Assembly: GCF_009914755.1 (NCBI RefSeq)
Contig: NC_060947.1
Origin: the human T2T-CHM13v2.0 reference genome, Homo sapiens
DNA length: 64,000 nt
Reading direction: 5' to 3' (one strand)
The first letter of the stretch is position 1. Every line of letters begins with the position of its first letter. The position numbers and the translations under genes are program-made. Shown here one piece after another: positions 27,201 through 42,292 of this stretch. The notes under the pieces are model-generated. The model searched no databases. It had not been told where the DNA came from and was given only the letters and a program-made list of their open reading frames with translations.

Positions 27201-28721
27201 GCTTTATCTCAGAGATTTTGGTAGGTTGTTTTTTCTATTTTTATTAATTTTAAATAATTTCAAAAATTTCTGCCTTAATTTTACAGTTTATCCAGGAGTT
27301 ATTTATGAGGAAGTTATTTAATTTCTATATATTTTCGTAGTTTTGAAAAATCATCTTGATATTGATTTCTATTTTTTTTTTGCACTGTGGTTCAAATGTA
27401 TATAGGTATGTGTATTAGTCCCTTCTTACACTGCTAATAAAGACATATCCAGGACTGGGTAATTTATAAAGAAAAGAGGTTTAATTGAGTCACAGTTCAG
27501 CATGACTTGGGAGTCCTCAGGAAACATACAATCATGACAGTAGGGTAAGCAAACAAGTCTTTCTTCACATGATGGCAGCAAGGAGAAGAATGAGAGCTGA
27601 GCAAATGGGAAGCCCTTTATAAAACTGTCAAATCTCGTGAGAACTTACTATCACAAGGATAGAATGGGGGAAACCACCCCCATGATTCAATTGCTTCCTA
27701 CCGGGTTCATCCCATCACACATAAGAATTATGAGAACTGCAATTCAAGATGAGACTTTGGTAGAAGCACAGCCAAAAACCATATCACTCCACCTCCAGCC
27801 CCTCCCAAATCTCATGTCATCACATTTCAAAACACAATCATGCCTTTCCAACAGTCCCACAAAATCTTAACTCATTCCAGCATTAACCCAAAAGTCCAAG
27901 TCCAAAGTCTCATCTGAGACAAAGCAAGTCCTTTCCATCTATGAGCCTGTAAAATCCAAAACAAGTTAGTTACTTTATAGATACAATGGAGGTACAGGCA
28001 TTGGGTAAATACACCTGTTCCAAAAGGGAGAAATTGGCCAAAACGAAGGGGTTACAGGGCCCATGCAATCTGAAATCCAGCAGGGCAGTCAAATCTTAAA
28101 GCTCCAAAATAATTTCCTTCGACTCCATGTCTCACAATGAGTCACACTTATGCAAGGAGTGGGTTCCCACAGTCTTGGGCAACCCCACCCCTGTGGCTTT
28201 GCAGGGTACAGCCTCCCTCCCCACTGCTTTCACAGGCAGGCATTGAGTATCTGTGGCTTTTCCAGGCACACAGTGGAAGTTGTCAGTGTATCTACCATTC
28301 TTGGTCTGGAGAATGGTGACCCTCTCCTCACAGCTCCATTAATCAGTGCCCCAGTGGGGATTCAGCATGGGGTCTCCAAGTCTACATTTCTCTTCTGCAC
28401 TGCCCTAGCCAAGATGCTCCATGAGGGCCCTTCACCCGCAGCAAACTTCTGCCTGGACAAGGAAGTTTATCTACTTTGTGATGGTAGGTGTCATTCTTTT
28501 TAATCAATGTTTAGTACTCCCTATAGAACCTCTTATAAGGCCTGTTTAATTAAAATGTATCACCTCAGCATTTTCTTGTCTGAGAATAATTTTATTTCTT
28601 TTTTCTTAATAATTTCAACTTTTATTTTAGATTCGGGGGTGCATGTACAGATTTGTGACATGAGCATATTGAATGATGCTTAGGTTTGAAATATGAATGA
28701 TCCCATCATCCAGATAGCACA

Positions 28722-29023
28722 GGTCAGGTGCTTTGGCTCATGCCTGTAATTCCAGCACTTTGGGAGCCTGAGGCGGGTGGATCACATCAGGCCAAGAGTT
28801 CAAGACCAGCCTGGCCAACATGGCAAAACCCATCTCTACTAAAAATACAAAAATTAGCCGAGTGTGGTGGCACACATCTATAATCCCAGCTACTCAGGAG
28901 GCTGAGGCAAGAGACTTGCTTGAGCCCAGGAGGCAGAGGTTGGTTTCAGTGAGCCAAGATCATGCCACCGCACTCCAGCCTGGGTGACAGAGTGAGACTC
29001 TGTCTCAAAAAACAAAACAAAAA
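28722..29023 (+). mobile_element. AluS (Sx/Sz-like)
   Basis: Dimeric Alu with TSD CAGATAGCACA (28711-28721 / 29024-29034). Confidence 0.92.
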
Positions 29024-29545
29024 CAGATAGCACAGTGCTCAACAGTTAATTTTCCAACCCTTGCCCTCCTCTTACCCTCCCCACCTCTATTAGTCCCCAG
29101 TGTCTATGGTTGCCATCTTTATGTCCATGGGTATTCACTTATAACTCCCACCTATAAGTGAGAATGTGTGGTATTTGGTTTTCTGCTGCTGCATTAATTT
29201 GATCAGGACTGTGGCCTAAGCTGTATCCATGTTTCTTCAAGGGATGTGCCTTTGTTCTTTTTATAACTGTGTGGTATTCCATGTTGCATATGTACCACAT
29301 TTTTTTATCCAGTGCATGGTCGATGGGCATCTAGGTTGATTCCATGTCTTTGCTATTGTGACTAGTGCTGCAATGAACATACGAGTGCATGTGTCTTTAT
29401 GGCAGAATGACTTACATTCCTTTGGGTACTTATGCAGTAATGGGATTGAGGTCAAGTTGTAGTACTGTTTTAAGTTCTTTGAGAAATCTCCAAACTGCTT
29501 TTCACAGTGGCTGAACTAATTTACATTCCCATCAACAATATATAA

Positions 29546-29893
<348 letters not shown>

Positions 29894-30326
29894 TGGGACT
29901 TTTTAATAATAGGTATTTTGACTGATGTGAGATGGTGTCTCATTATGGTTTTGGTTCGCATTTCTCTGATTATTGATGTTCAGCATTTTTTCATGTTTGT
30001 TGGCCACTCATATGTTTTCTTTTGAGAAATGTTTGTGCATGTCCTTTGCCCACTCATTTTAATGGGGTTGTGTTTTGCTTGTTGAACTGTTTAAGTTTCT
30101 TATAGATATTAGACCTTTGTTGGATGCATAGTTTGTGAATATTTTCTCACACTCTGTAGATTGGTCTTTAATTGCTTCTGAGGACTTAGACCAAATTCTT
30201 TCCCAATGCTGATGCCTAATATCGTGTTTCCTAGGTTTTCTTACCATATTCTTGTAGTTTGAGGTCTTACATTTAAGTAAGTCTTTAATCCATCTTGAAT
30301 TAATTTTTTTATATGGTGAAAGATAG

Positions 30327-31726
<1,400 letters not shown>

Positions 31727-34622
31727 GAAACAAACAAATGGACAAACATTCCATGCTCAAAAGTTGGAAGAATCAATATCATTACAGTTGCCACACTTCC
31801 CAAAGCAGTCTGCAGATTCGTTGGTATTCCTATCAAACTATCAACATCACTTTTCACATAACTAGAAAAAAACTATTCTAAAATTCATATGGAACCCAAA
31901 GAGAGCCTGAATAGCCAAAGCAATCTGAAGCAAAAAGAACAAAGCTAGAGGCGCCCTGTTACTCAACTTCAAACTTTAAGACTACAGTAACCAAAAGAGC
32001 ATGGTACTAGTACAAAAAAAGGCACAGATACCAACTGAACATAATAGAGATCCCAGAAATAAAGCTGTGCACCTACAGCCATCTGATCTTCAACAATGTT
32101 GACAAAAGCGATGAGGAAAGATGCAATAAACGGTGCTAATTTTATTTCTTTCTTCAATTATTTCTCCAGGCTTTTCCATACATCCTCTGAAATCTAGGCA
32201 CAGATTTCCAAACATAAATTCTTGACTTCTGTGCATCCACATGTCTAACGCCATGTGTATGCCCCCAAGTCTTGTGGCTTGCACCCTCTGAAGGTGGCCA
32301 TCCTGGTGGAAGTAAAAGCAAACACATCCTTCTTCACATGGCAGAGCAAGGAGAAACAGGAGAGCACAGTGAAGGGAAAAACCCCTTATAAAACCATCAG
32401 ATCTCTTGGGAACTTACTCACTATCATGAGAATAGCCTGGGGAAAACCACCCCCACGATTCAATTACTTCCAACTGGGTCCCTCCCACCACACATGGGGA
32501 TTATTGGAACTACAATTCCAGAATAGATTTGGGTGGGGACACAGCCAAATCATATCAGTATTATTTCAACTTCTTAAAACTCTTGAGGCTTGCTTTATGA
32601 CCTATCATATGGTTGATCTTAGAATATTTTTTTGTGCTGTGATAAGAATGTATATTTTGTCACTGTTTAGCGGAGTGTCTTGTAGATGTCTATGATGTTC
32701 AATTGGTCAGTGGTTGACTTTTAGTGCAGAGCTTCTTTCTTAGTTGTTTGTCTCAATAATCTGTCTAACACTGTAAGTAGGGTGTTAAGTCTCCTGCTAT
32801 TACTCTGTGGCTGTCTAATTTTTCTGTAAGCCAAGAAGAACTGGTTTTATGAATCTGGGTGCTCAAGGTTAGGTGCATATATATTTAGGACAGTTAAGGC
32901 TCCTTGTTGGATTGTACCATTTAGCATTGTGTAATGCCCTCCATTGATCTCATTAATTTTTATTGGTTTAAAGTCTCTCTCATCTGATGTAAGAATAGCA
33001 ATTCATGCTCTTTTTTTTCCGTTTGCATGGTAAATCTTACACCACTGTATTACTTCGAGTCTCTGGTTGTCATTTTATGTGACATGGGTCTCTTGAAGTC
33101 AATAAATGCTTAGGTCTTGTGTTTTTATCCTCCTAACACTTTTTTGTCTTTTAGATGGAGTATTTACTGTATTTATATTCAATGTTATCATGTATATTTG
33201 TACATTTGTTCCTGTCATTGTGTTATTAACTATTTTTTGTAGACTTCATTGTGCAGTTGCTTCATAGTGCTTGTGTAGTGCTTAAGTGTGCTTTTGTGAT
33301 AGCAGGTGTAATTCTTATGAATTAATGTTTAGTATTCCTTACAGGACTTTTTTTTAAGGCTGGTTTAATTAAAATGTATCTCCTCAGCATTTGCTTGTCT
33401 GAGAATAATTTTATTTTTCCTTCATGTATAAAGCTTAATTTGTTAGAATATAAAGTTCTTGATTGGAATTTCTTTCTTTTATGATGCTGAAGATAGGAAC
33501 CCAATTTTTTTCTGGCTTATAAGATTTTGCTGAGAGGTTTACTGCTATCCTGATGGGGTTCCTTCTGTAGGTCACCTGTCCCTTTTCTCTAGTTGCATTT
33601 AAGATATTTTCTCTCACATTAACCTTGGTGACTCTGATGACTATGTGCCTTGGAAATCATCATCTTTTGTAGTGTCTAGCTACTGTTCTGTGTATTTGTT
33701 GGATTTTAATGTAATTTTTAGAGAGATTAAGCATATTTTTGTAGGCTATATTCTCAAATGTGTTTTCCAAGTTGTTTAGTCATAGATAGTTCCAACTCAT
33801 AGATTTGGTCTTTTTAAATAATCCCATAATTTTCAGAGGTTTGGGTTATTTCTCTTAATCTTATTTTATTTATTTTTTCTCACTGTGTTGATTGAAGACC
33901 TGGTCATCAAGCTTTGAGATTCAATAGTCAGTTTGGTCTGTTTTGTGGCTAATACTTCTAATGGTATTATGAAATTCTTGTAGTGAATTTTTCAGCTTTG
34001 ATGTTCATTTTTGGTCTTTCTTAACATGGCTATTTTATCTTTCAGCTCCTGAATTGTTTCACTGCATTACTTGGCTTCCTTGAATTAAATTTTAACTACC
34101 TCCTGGGTCTCAATGAGCTTCTTTGCCATTCAGATTCTGAATTTCATGTCTGTCATTTCAGACTGGTAAAAAACCGTAGCCAGGGATCTAGTGGGCTTGT
34201 TGGAGGTAAGGGGACACTTTGGTAGAGTTCTTGAATAAATCCTTTCTTACTTAAGAGGGTTGGTATTCCTTTAACTGTCCTATAAATTGAGTATAGTCAG
34301 TTTGCTTTGTTTCTGGAAGATTTCAGAGGGTAAGACTCCGTAGTGAGTTTTTGTTTGTTGTTAAATTATTGCCCTTGGTTTTGCAATGAGCAGAATTAGT
34401 TGGTTTTTGGTGTCGTAGTTAGGTCTGCAATCCAGTAGATGACACTTGAGAACAATAGGTGGTAGATAGACTCTTAGCCTCGTGGCTCCTTTGTGTATCC
34501 TCATGTTTGCAACTATCTTCTTCAGTGTGGGGAGAGAGAGGTGACCCCCTCACCTGGTACATTCCTCAGCCTTGAGGGAGACACTTCCAATCACTGGCAT
34601 TGTGCTCATAATTCTTGTTTTT

Positions 34623-34947
34623 GTTTTCTTTTTGTTGTTGTTTTTTTTTTGTTGTTGTTTTTGTTTTTCCAGACAGACTCTCACTTTGTCACACAGGCTG
34701 GAGTGCAGTGGTGCAATCTCGGCTCACTGCAACTTCTGCCTCCTGGGTTCAAGTAATTCTCTGCCTCAGCCTCTCGAGTAGCTGGGATTACAGGTGTCCG
34801 CCACCATGGCCCGCTAATTTTTGTATTTTTAGTAGAGACAGGGTTTCACCATATTGGCCAGGCTGGTCTTGAACTCCTGACCTTGTGATCAACCCGCCTC
34901 GGTCTCCCAAAGTGCTGGGATTACAGTGTGAGCCACTGTGCCTGACC
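34623..34947 (-). mobile_element. AluS (Sg-like)
   Basis: Antisense Alu with gaccttgtgatc and a TTG-rich tail. TSD tcttgttttt / tattgttttt. Confidence 0.88.
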
Positions 34948-35910
34948 TATTGTTTTTAGGTCTTTGGGGCTGTGGGACTTTTTGGGGGATAGGTCTGGCA
35001 AAGAGATAGGCCCTACGCTTACCTGACCAGCCTGGTGAAGGGAAGCATGTCTAGGTCATAATCAGCCTGAGAATCTGTGTGACTTCTCTCTTTCAGTTTT
35101 CAGAGAGTATGTACTCTTCCTTCATCAAGTGCCAAGCAATGATTTCAGTTTGGGACACAGAGTTTTTGGCCATAGTTCTGAAGCACTAAGACTTGCTTGT
35201 GGTTTCCTTCTCTGGACCCTCAGGGTTAAAGTCTGTTTGCACTGGGGAATCCAAAGGCCCTCCAGGCTGTGGGAATGCACTCAGCTGTAGCAAAGCACTT
35301 AGCCTGGGCAGTGGAGGCTGCACTGTGTATACACTTTAGTGGGGCAGCCAGGAAGGAGCCCTGGGAGGGGGTAGCGGGCAGAAAATCCTGCAGGAAAGAC
35401 ATGCCTTAGTTCTCCTGGGAAAGCAAGCCCTGCTTTCTCTTGGGTGGATAAGTGAAGCCAGAGCCTCCCATACGTTGATGGGAAGCCCTGGTGCATGGGC
35501 ACTACTGCCTGGGCTCTGCTGGGGCTGACTCACACAAGGCTTCTTGCCTGCTGCAGCTTCATTTTCATCTAATCTCCAGGAAGATACTCTTGCTGGCTCA
35601 TGGCTCTATGGGGATGTGGGGTTTCTTGCACCTTGAATCCCAGAGCTCCATGATGGAAATAAGTAGTCTCCTAGATCCTTCTCTTCCCCCTTCACTAGGT
35701 GCTGTTTAAAGCCAGGAACCAGCCCTAGTGTTCAGGCACCCCATGTAGGATTCTCGGCTTTCTCCCTCTTCAATCTTAGTATCTGCTCATTTTCTCCATC
35801 CATATTTGGCATTTTCTCTCTGAAGTTCTGTTCAAATTATGTTAAAGTAGTTGAAAGTATGATCTGTGGGAGGAGAACTTATTGATTCAATCCAGTTGGC
35901 TGCCTTCTAA

Positions 35911-38760
35911 CTCTATGTTTTAGATAGATAAATTAGTCTATTTACATGCAATGTTATTATTAATTTGATTGATAGACAATGGATTACTACTGCCATTTTA
36001 CAATTTGTTTTCTTGTTTTGTAAGTTCTGTCTTCCTTTCTTGTTTTTACTTAATTTATTTGTGGATAAGCTATTTTCTCTGGGAATAAGTTCACTTTTTT
36101 ACTATTTTTGTGTTTTTAGTTTTTGCTGTGTCATTACCATTAGGCTTACAAAAATCAGTTATGACTTCAAGCTCAAAGTAAGCTCAAATATATACAAGTT
36201 ATTTTAAACTGGTGAAAACTTAAATTTGGCCAGAAAGAAACAAACAATCAGATAAAAAACTAAAATAATTATACACTTCAACTCCACTTTTTCAACTTTT
36301 TTACTTTTTGATGTCTCTATTTATATCTTTTAATGTTGCCTATCTCTTAATAAATTCTTACAGCTATTATTTTGGATAGATTTGTCTTTAAGTTTATAAT
36401 AAAGATATAAGTGGTGTACTCACCACAGTTAAAGAGTTAGCGTATTTTTAATTTTTGTGTGTATTTACCTTTACCAGCGAGTGAGTTTTATGCCTTCACA
36501 TACATTATTTTTGCATGTTACCATCTCTTTCTTTAAGTTTAAAGAATGCCTTTAGCGTTGCTTTTGAGACAGATCTTGTGGTGATGAATTTTCTGTTTTT
36601 CATTGTTTGAAAAAGTATTTACCTCACCTTCATGTTTAAAGTATAGTTACGATGGGTAGAGTTTTCTTAATTGGAAATTATTTTCTTTCAGCACTTTGAA
36701 CATGTTGTCCAACTTTCTCCTTGTTTGTAGTTTTCACTAAGTCTGCTGCCAGACTTATTAATGTTCCTTTATATGTCATTTGGTTATTTTTCTTTGCTGC
36801 TTTAGGACTCTTTTTTTGTCCTTGACCTTTGAGATGTTATTACATGCCTTGGGGTGGTTTTATATGGAATGAACCTGATTTGTGTTCTTTGGCTTTCTTG
36901 TACCTGTACATTCATATTCTTCTCTAAGTTTGAAAAGTTCTCTATGATTATTTCTTTGAATGAATTTTCTACCTCTATGTCTTCCTTTAAATCCTATTTA
37001 AGGCCACCAACTCTTTGATTTGCCGTTTTGAGAGTGTTTTCTAGATCTAGTAATTGTAGTTAATGTTTTTACTTTTGTTTCTTTTTCTCCTCTGACTGTT
37101 TCTTCAAATAGTCTGTCTTCAAACTCACTAACATTTTTTTCTGCTTGATTAATTCTGCTGTTGAGATACTCTGATGCATTTTTCAGTTCATCAAATGAGT
37201 TTTTATGTCCCGTATTTCTGTTTAAATTATTATTTTTATTTAAATCACTTTATTTCTCTGATAGATTTCTGAATTCCTTCTCTGTGTTATATTCATGTTT
37301 ATTGAGCTTCCTCAAAACAAGTATTTTGATTTTTCTATCTAAGACACATATCTCCATCTCTCCAGGATTGCCCACTGATGCCTTATTTAGTCAATTTGGT
37401 GAAGCAATATTTTCCTGGATCCTCTTGATGTTTGTGGACAATCACTGACGTCTGGAAATTGAGGAATTAGGTGTTTATTTCAGTCTTCAAATTCTAGCTT
37501 TATTTGTACCCATCCTTCTTCAAGGAGCTTTCCAAGGAAAGTGAACTTTTAGTACTAAGCTTTTGGCCACTACAGCATTTTTTTTTTTTTTTAAGCACTA
37601 GAGGATGTCCTAAGCCCAGGTATGCTGCAACCCTTCCAGCCTCCTAGATGCCAAGTCCTGTTGGTCTTGAGAAAAATTAGGGAAAAAATTCCCTGGGTTC
37701 TGTCCTTGACTTTTTCCCTATATTTCCCCCAATAAAAGGAATCTTTCTCCATGTTGGGATTCCTGGAGTTGGAAGAGGGGTGACATCAGCACTCTCATAG
37801 TTGCTGCAACTGGCATAATGCTGGGTCATAACTAACACCCACTGCCTCTCAGACAAGTACAGTACCAAGGATGGCCCAACATCTATGGCTGCTACTGCCT
37901 AACTGCTGCTAATATTTATTCAAGGCTTGAGGATACTTTAGTCAGCAAGTCCAGGACTCAGGTCCATCCCGCCAGAGCAGCATATTTTCTTCTTGCCTGG
38001 GGTGGGTCTACAAGAGCTTTCCAGGAGTAACCTTGACAGCAACTGGAATTAGAGGCTTCAGGATACTTTCTGGTGCTTCATTTTACTGTGCCTGGGCTAG
38101 TATCCAGTTACAAAACAACATCCCATGTACTTTTTTCTCTTTTTGCCCTAAGTAGAAGGTGTTTCTTTCTATATGCTGCACTACCTGGAGTTGAAAGAGA
38201 AGTGACACAGGGACTCCTATGGGCACCACAGCTAGTATTGTGCTGAGTTGCACCCAAGCCCATGACCTAAAAACAGCACAGCTCTGGGAATCAACCAAGG
38301 ACTGAAATTGCTTCTGCCTTACTGCCACTGAAATGTATTTGAAGCACAAGATTCCTTCAGTCAACCAGTGGTGAAGTGGGCTGGGACTCATGTTTTTTGC
38401 ACTGAGGTGGCAGTTTCTCTTATGGCCAAGGCTTGTTTAAATGCTCCCTCTGTTTACCCCAGTGAAATTTTGCTCAGTGCTAAGTTACACTGTGACAGGG
38501 CGTAACTGAGTTCCAATGTAAAGTCCCACACTCACCTTATTCACCTTCCCCCAAGCTGGAATAAGACATTTCTTACTATTTTCTTCAGTGCATCCTTTTT
38601 GTTAGTTATGCTGTAATTAGGTACTATGATTTCTCACTGGATTTTTTAATTCTTAAGAAGACGTCTTCTTGCCCGGATAGTTGTTCAATTTGATGTTTCT
38701 GTGAGGGAGGTTGATGACTTATGGATGGTCTTATTTGGTTCTTTTGCTCCACCTCTACCC
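35911..38760 (-). mobile_element. L1MA-type element, ORF1 and 5' portion (continuation of 20501-24236)
   Basis: Resumes with tagtctatttacatgcaatgttattatt and ends near cttttgctccacctc, resembling an L1M 5' terminus. Confidence 0.7.
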
Positions 38761-41404
38761 TATGAATCTGCTCTTAAAAAGATATTTTAAAAGTTGTTTT
38801 TTCTTACAGTTTGAGTAATCTGCCTAGAAACAAATGTTCTATGTCTTAGCAGAATAGTTTCCTGTGCTTCATGTGAACTTAATCATGCCCTTCATTATTC
38901 AAAAGAGCTAAGTATTCACTATTTTAATAGAGCTAATGTTTTTATTTTTGGTATGGTTTTTTTTTCAATTATATTACCACCTGTATTTAATTTTGAAATA
39001 TGTTTTGTCACATCAATTGAATATATACTTAAATATTATTCCACAATATCCCATGATCAGCTTCAGGCAAATGTTCAAAACTTTTGACATTTTTTACTTA
39101 TATTGATATTTTGACTTCCCAAAAATCAGCTCTTTAATGAAATCTTCATGACTTCAAATTGACTTTCAGGGTTCTCAGAAGGTCTTTGGAAAATCATAAA
39201 GTGTTTTATTTTCCTTGATATAAAGAAAAAGGTGTTAAAATAATTAAGTTCATTTGATATGTTTAATTTTATAAAGTGTTGCCCAATATGAATTGATGCT
39301 TAGCCTTCCATAGATTATACTTCCAGTTAAAATTGTATTAATAGAATATTTTTCAATGTTGCATAAAACATATAGAAATTTGTCAATGCCTTTGCTGTCC
39401 CTGTTACATCCTTGTACAATTTTTGTTATAATACCAGTTGTGTTTTTAAAGGTGGTATGTCACAGAAACAACCAAATTTCTTTCTAAATTGTGTTATTTT
39501 TATAACGAATCCTCATCAGATCTTTAATCACACCTGAGGTGGTTTGGCTCTGTGTCCCCTCCCAAATCTCAACTCAAATTGTAATGCCCACATTTTGAGG
39601 GAGGGACCTGGTTGGAGGTGATTGAATCATGGGGGTGGTTTTCCCCATGTTGTTTTCCTGAGAGTGAGGGAGTTCTCATGAGATCTGATGGTTTTAAAAG
39701 TGGCAGTTTCCCCTGCTTTCTTTCTCCTGCTGCCTTGTGAAAAAGGTGGTTGCTTCTTCTTCACCTTCTGCAGTAATTGTAATTTTCCTGAGGCCTCCCA
39801 AGCATTGCAGAACTCTGAGTCAATTAAGCCTCTTTTATTTATAAATCACCCAGTCTCAGGTAATATCTTAATAGCAGTGTGAAAACAGTCTAATACGGCA
39901 CTCATTTTATTTTATCTACAGATAATTTTTGTTTTACTATGATGCTATCCTGAAAGTTCAATCAAGCTGCTACAGGCCAGATTGTTTGTCTCCAACAAAA
40001 ATAAGTTGTCTCAGAATCCCACATAGAGGACTTTGCTAGTTACTCTGGAGAACAAGCTTCTGTTTGTCTTAAATAACTTTGAGACCATACAGCGAGAAAG
40101 TTAGTATATCCAGAATTCTAGTAAATAAGTTGATGGGTTTATGGAATTGCTAACCTAACATCAAGCAGAGCAAGAATTAACTGCATGGGACTGAATAAAC
40201 TGATGAAGAACGATTATGGCTTTTGTTTAAAATTTTGCTAAAAGTTGATGTTTTTATTTGTATAAAAATGATGCCTTTCTACTTTCTCTTCAACTGTCTG
40301 TAACTCATTAGACTTCAGTAGATTATACTTTTGTAAAGAGAAATAAAATTTTTGACTTATTAAAAGGCCTATGTGATCAATTATCACTCTTTCTGCACTT
40401 ATGTAATTAATTAATAATTAGGTAAAATCTAATGAGATCAAGCTTATTTTGTAAGTGAGAATGATATTATTGATTATGTTTTATTACATATGGAGTTGAA
40501 TGTATGGACAAATTTTATATTTTAATAGAAAATACACACTTTTTTGTGTTATTCAATTCTATTCATGTTCATTGTTTTTGAGTTGTTTGGGACTTTTTTG
40601 TAAACAACCTACCTACAAATTAGATGGAAACTTGCATCTTGGACACTCTGTCAGTTCTTACTGAATTCTCAGTAATTTTAGTTTCTTTGAATGTCTGGAT
40701 ACAACTCTCCAAATCAACTTTTCTCCAAACCTCCTGACTTGGTGCCACTGGGTACTAAAATTTGACTTCCCAGATTCTTGTTGAAACTTTAGATTTTCTT
40801 GTAGCTTACCTTTCCCCAAGGATATAAAGGATCCCTGCAACTTGAATGTAAATTATGTGATATAAACTTCAAAGGACTGATAACTGTAGCAGACAATAAA
40901 TAGACAACTTTCATGACAGGAGCTGCTGCTGTATGGACAACTCAGGAATTTAACTAACCTCCCATATATTCCGTGCTCTGTTCCAAGGTATAATCATGAC
41001 TGGACAACCTTATGGAAACCTCTCTAATGTACATGCCATTGCCAAAAGCATTAAAACTGCAAACTATCTATCAGATTTCCACTACTGCCCTCACCTTACC
41101 ATCTAAAGATGATTTAAGCCTAATGTCTAGAAATCTTGACTAGCTCCTCTTCATACTCTCCATACTCAAAAACTAGGTTTACAGTTTTAGCTCCAAAAAA
41201 ATCCTTGAACTTATTTTGTGCTTTGATAAAATTCCCCTATGAAATAACTGATTGCTCACATCATAAAGGAAACATCCTCTACATCCCAACTTCAACAGAT
41301 GGTTCAGCTTCTCCTTAATAAAGAAAAAGTAAACCAATAAGAAATTTATTTATACTGTTAGAAGAAAAAGATAATGTTTCTTTTTTTTAATAAAAAGAAT
41401 AAAT
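38761..41404 (+). mobile_element. ERV1 (MER4-group, MER31-like) internal sequence
   Basis: Degenerate AT-rich non-L1 sequence leading through a purine-rich tract into the LTR at 41405. Confidence 0.45.
39535..39897 (+). mobile_element. MaLR solo LTR (MSTA/THE1D-like)
   Basis: tgaggtggtttggctctgtgtcccc...atagcagtgtgaaaacagtctaatac. Confidence 0.88.
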
Positions 41405-41755
41405 GTAAAAAACTCCTTCTTAGTCTTACATTAGTTAGGCTTCTGAGCACTCCTTTTATCTAAGACTCATCTTCAGCCACAACTTTGGAATGATTTTAAC
41501 AATAATAATGATAATCAAATTTAGCAAGAACTCCCTTACATGGGACATACAATCAAATTTTTCTTAATAAAGTTTTATCTACTTATCTTCTTTATCTGCT
41601 AGTTCACAATAAGTCTCCAGCTATCTTTACTGTACTCAGAGTTGAGATTAATCTTTCTTTCTTACTGTAGTAGTATTAACCCCTATAGAAATTGTATTTA
41701 ATAAAATTATATTTTAAGTTTTTAACAGGCATATGGTAATTATTTTTATTTTTAA
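41405..41755 (+). mobile_element. MER31/MER67-like LTR
   Basis: ttagttaggcttctgagcactcc...gtactcagagttgagattaatct...aataaa...tttttaaca motifs. Confidence 0.55.
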
Positions 41756-42292
41756 GATCTAAAGACATACATAGATTGAAAGTAAAAAGATAAAAAACAT
41801 ATTCCATGGAAATAGCAACCAAAAGAAACTTGATGTGGCCATAGAAATATTAGAAAAAATATACCTTACTCTAAACAGGTTACAAGAAAACAAAAGACAT
41901 TTTATATTGATAAAAAAAGAGTTGATTTACAAAAAGATATAACAATTATAAACATAGAAGCACTTAACACAAGAGCTCCTAAATATAGAAAGAAAATATT
42001 AAGATAATAGAAGAGAGAAATATATATCTTTATAATAATAGTTGGAGATTTCAACACCTTTCTCTCAATAATCAATAGAGCAACAGGAATGAAAATAAGA
42101 AAATAGATAACTCAAAGATTAGTATAGTAAAATTGAAATTAACAGACATATACAGAACACTTTACCCCATAAAAGCAGAATACTCATTTTTCACTATTCT
42201 CTTGTTTAGACCATATGTCAGTCTATCAAATAAGAATCAGTAAATGCAAAATATTTTAATAATAATAAGTATATTTTCAAAGATAGTGGAAT
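41756..42292 (+). mobile_element. Old L1M ORF2 endonuclease fragment
   Basis: agatctaaagacatacatagattgaaagtaaaa and ataatagttggagatttcaacacc (IIVGDFNT). Confidence 0.8.
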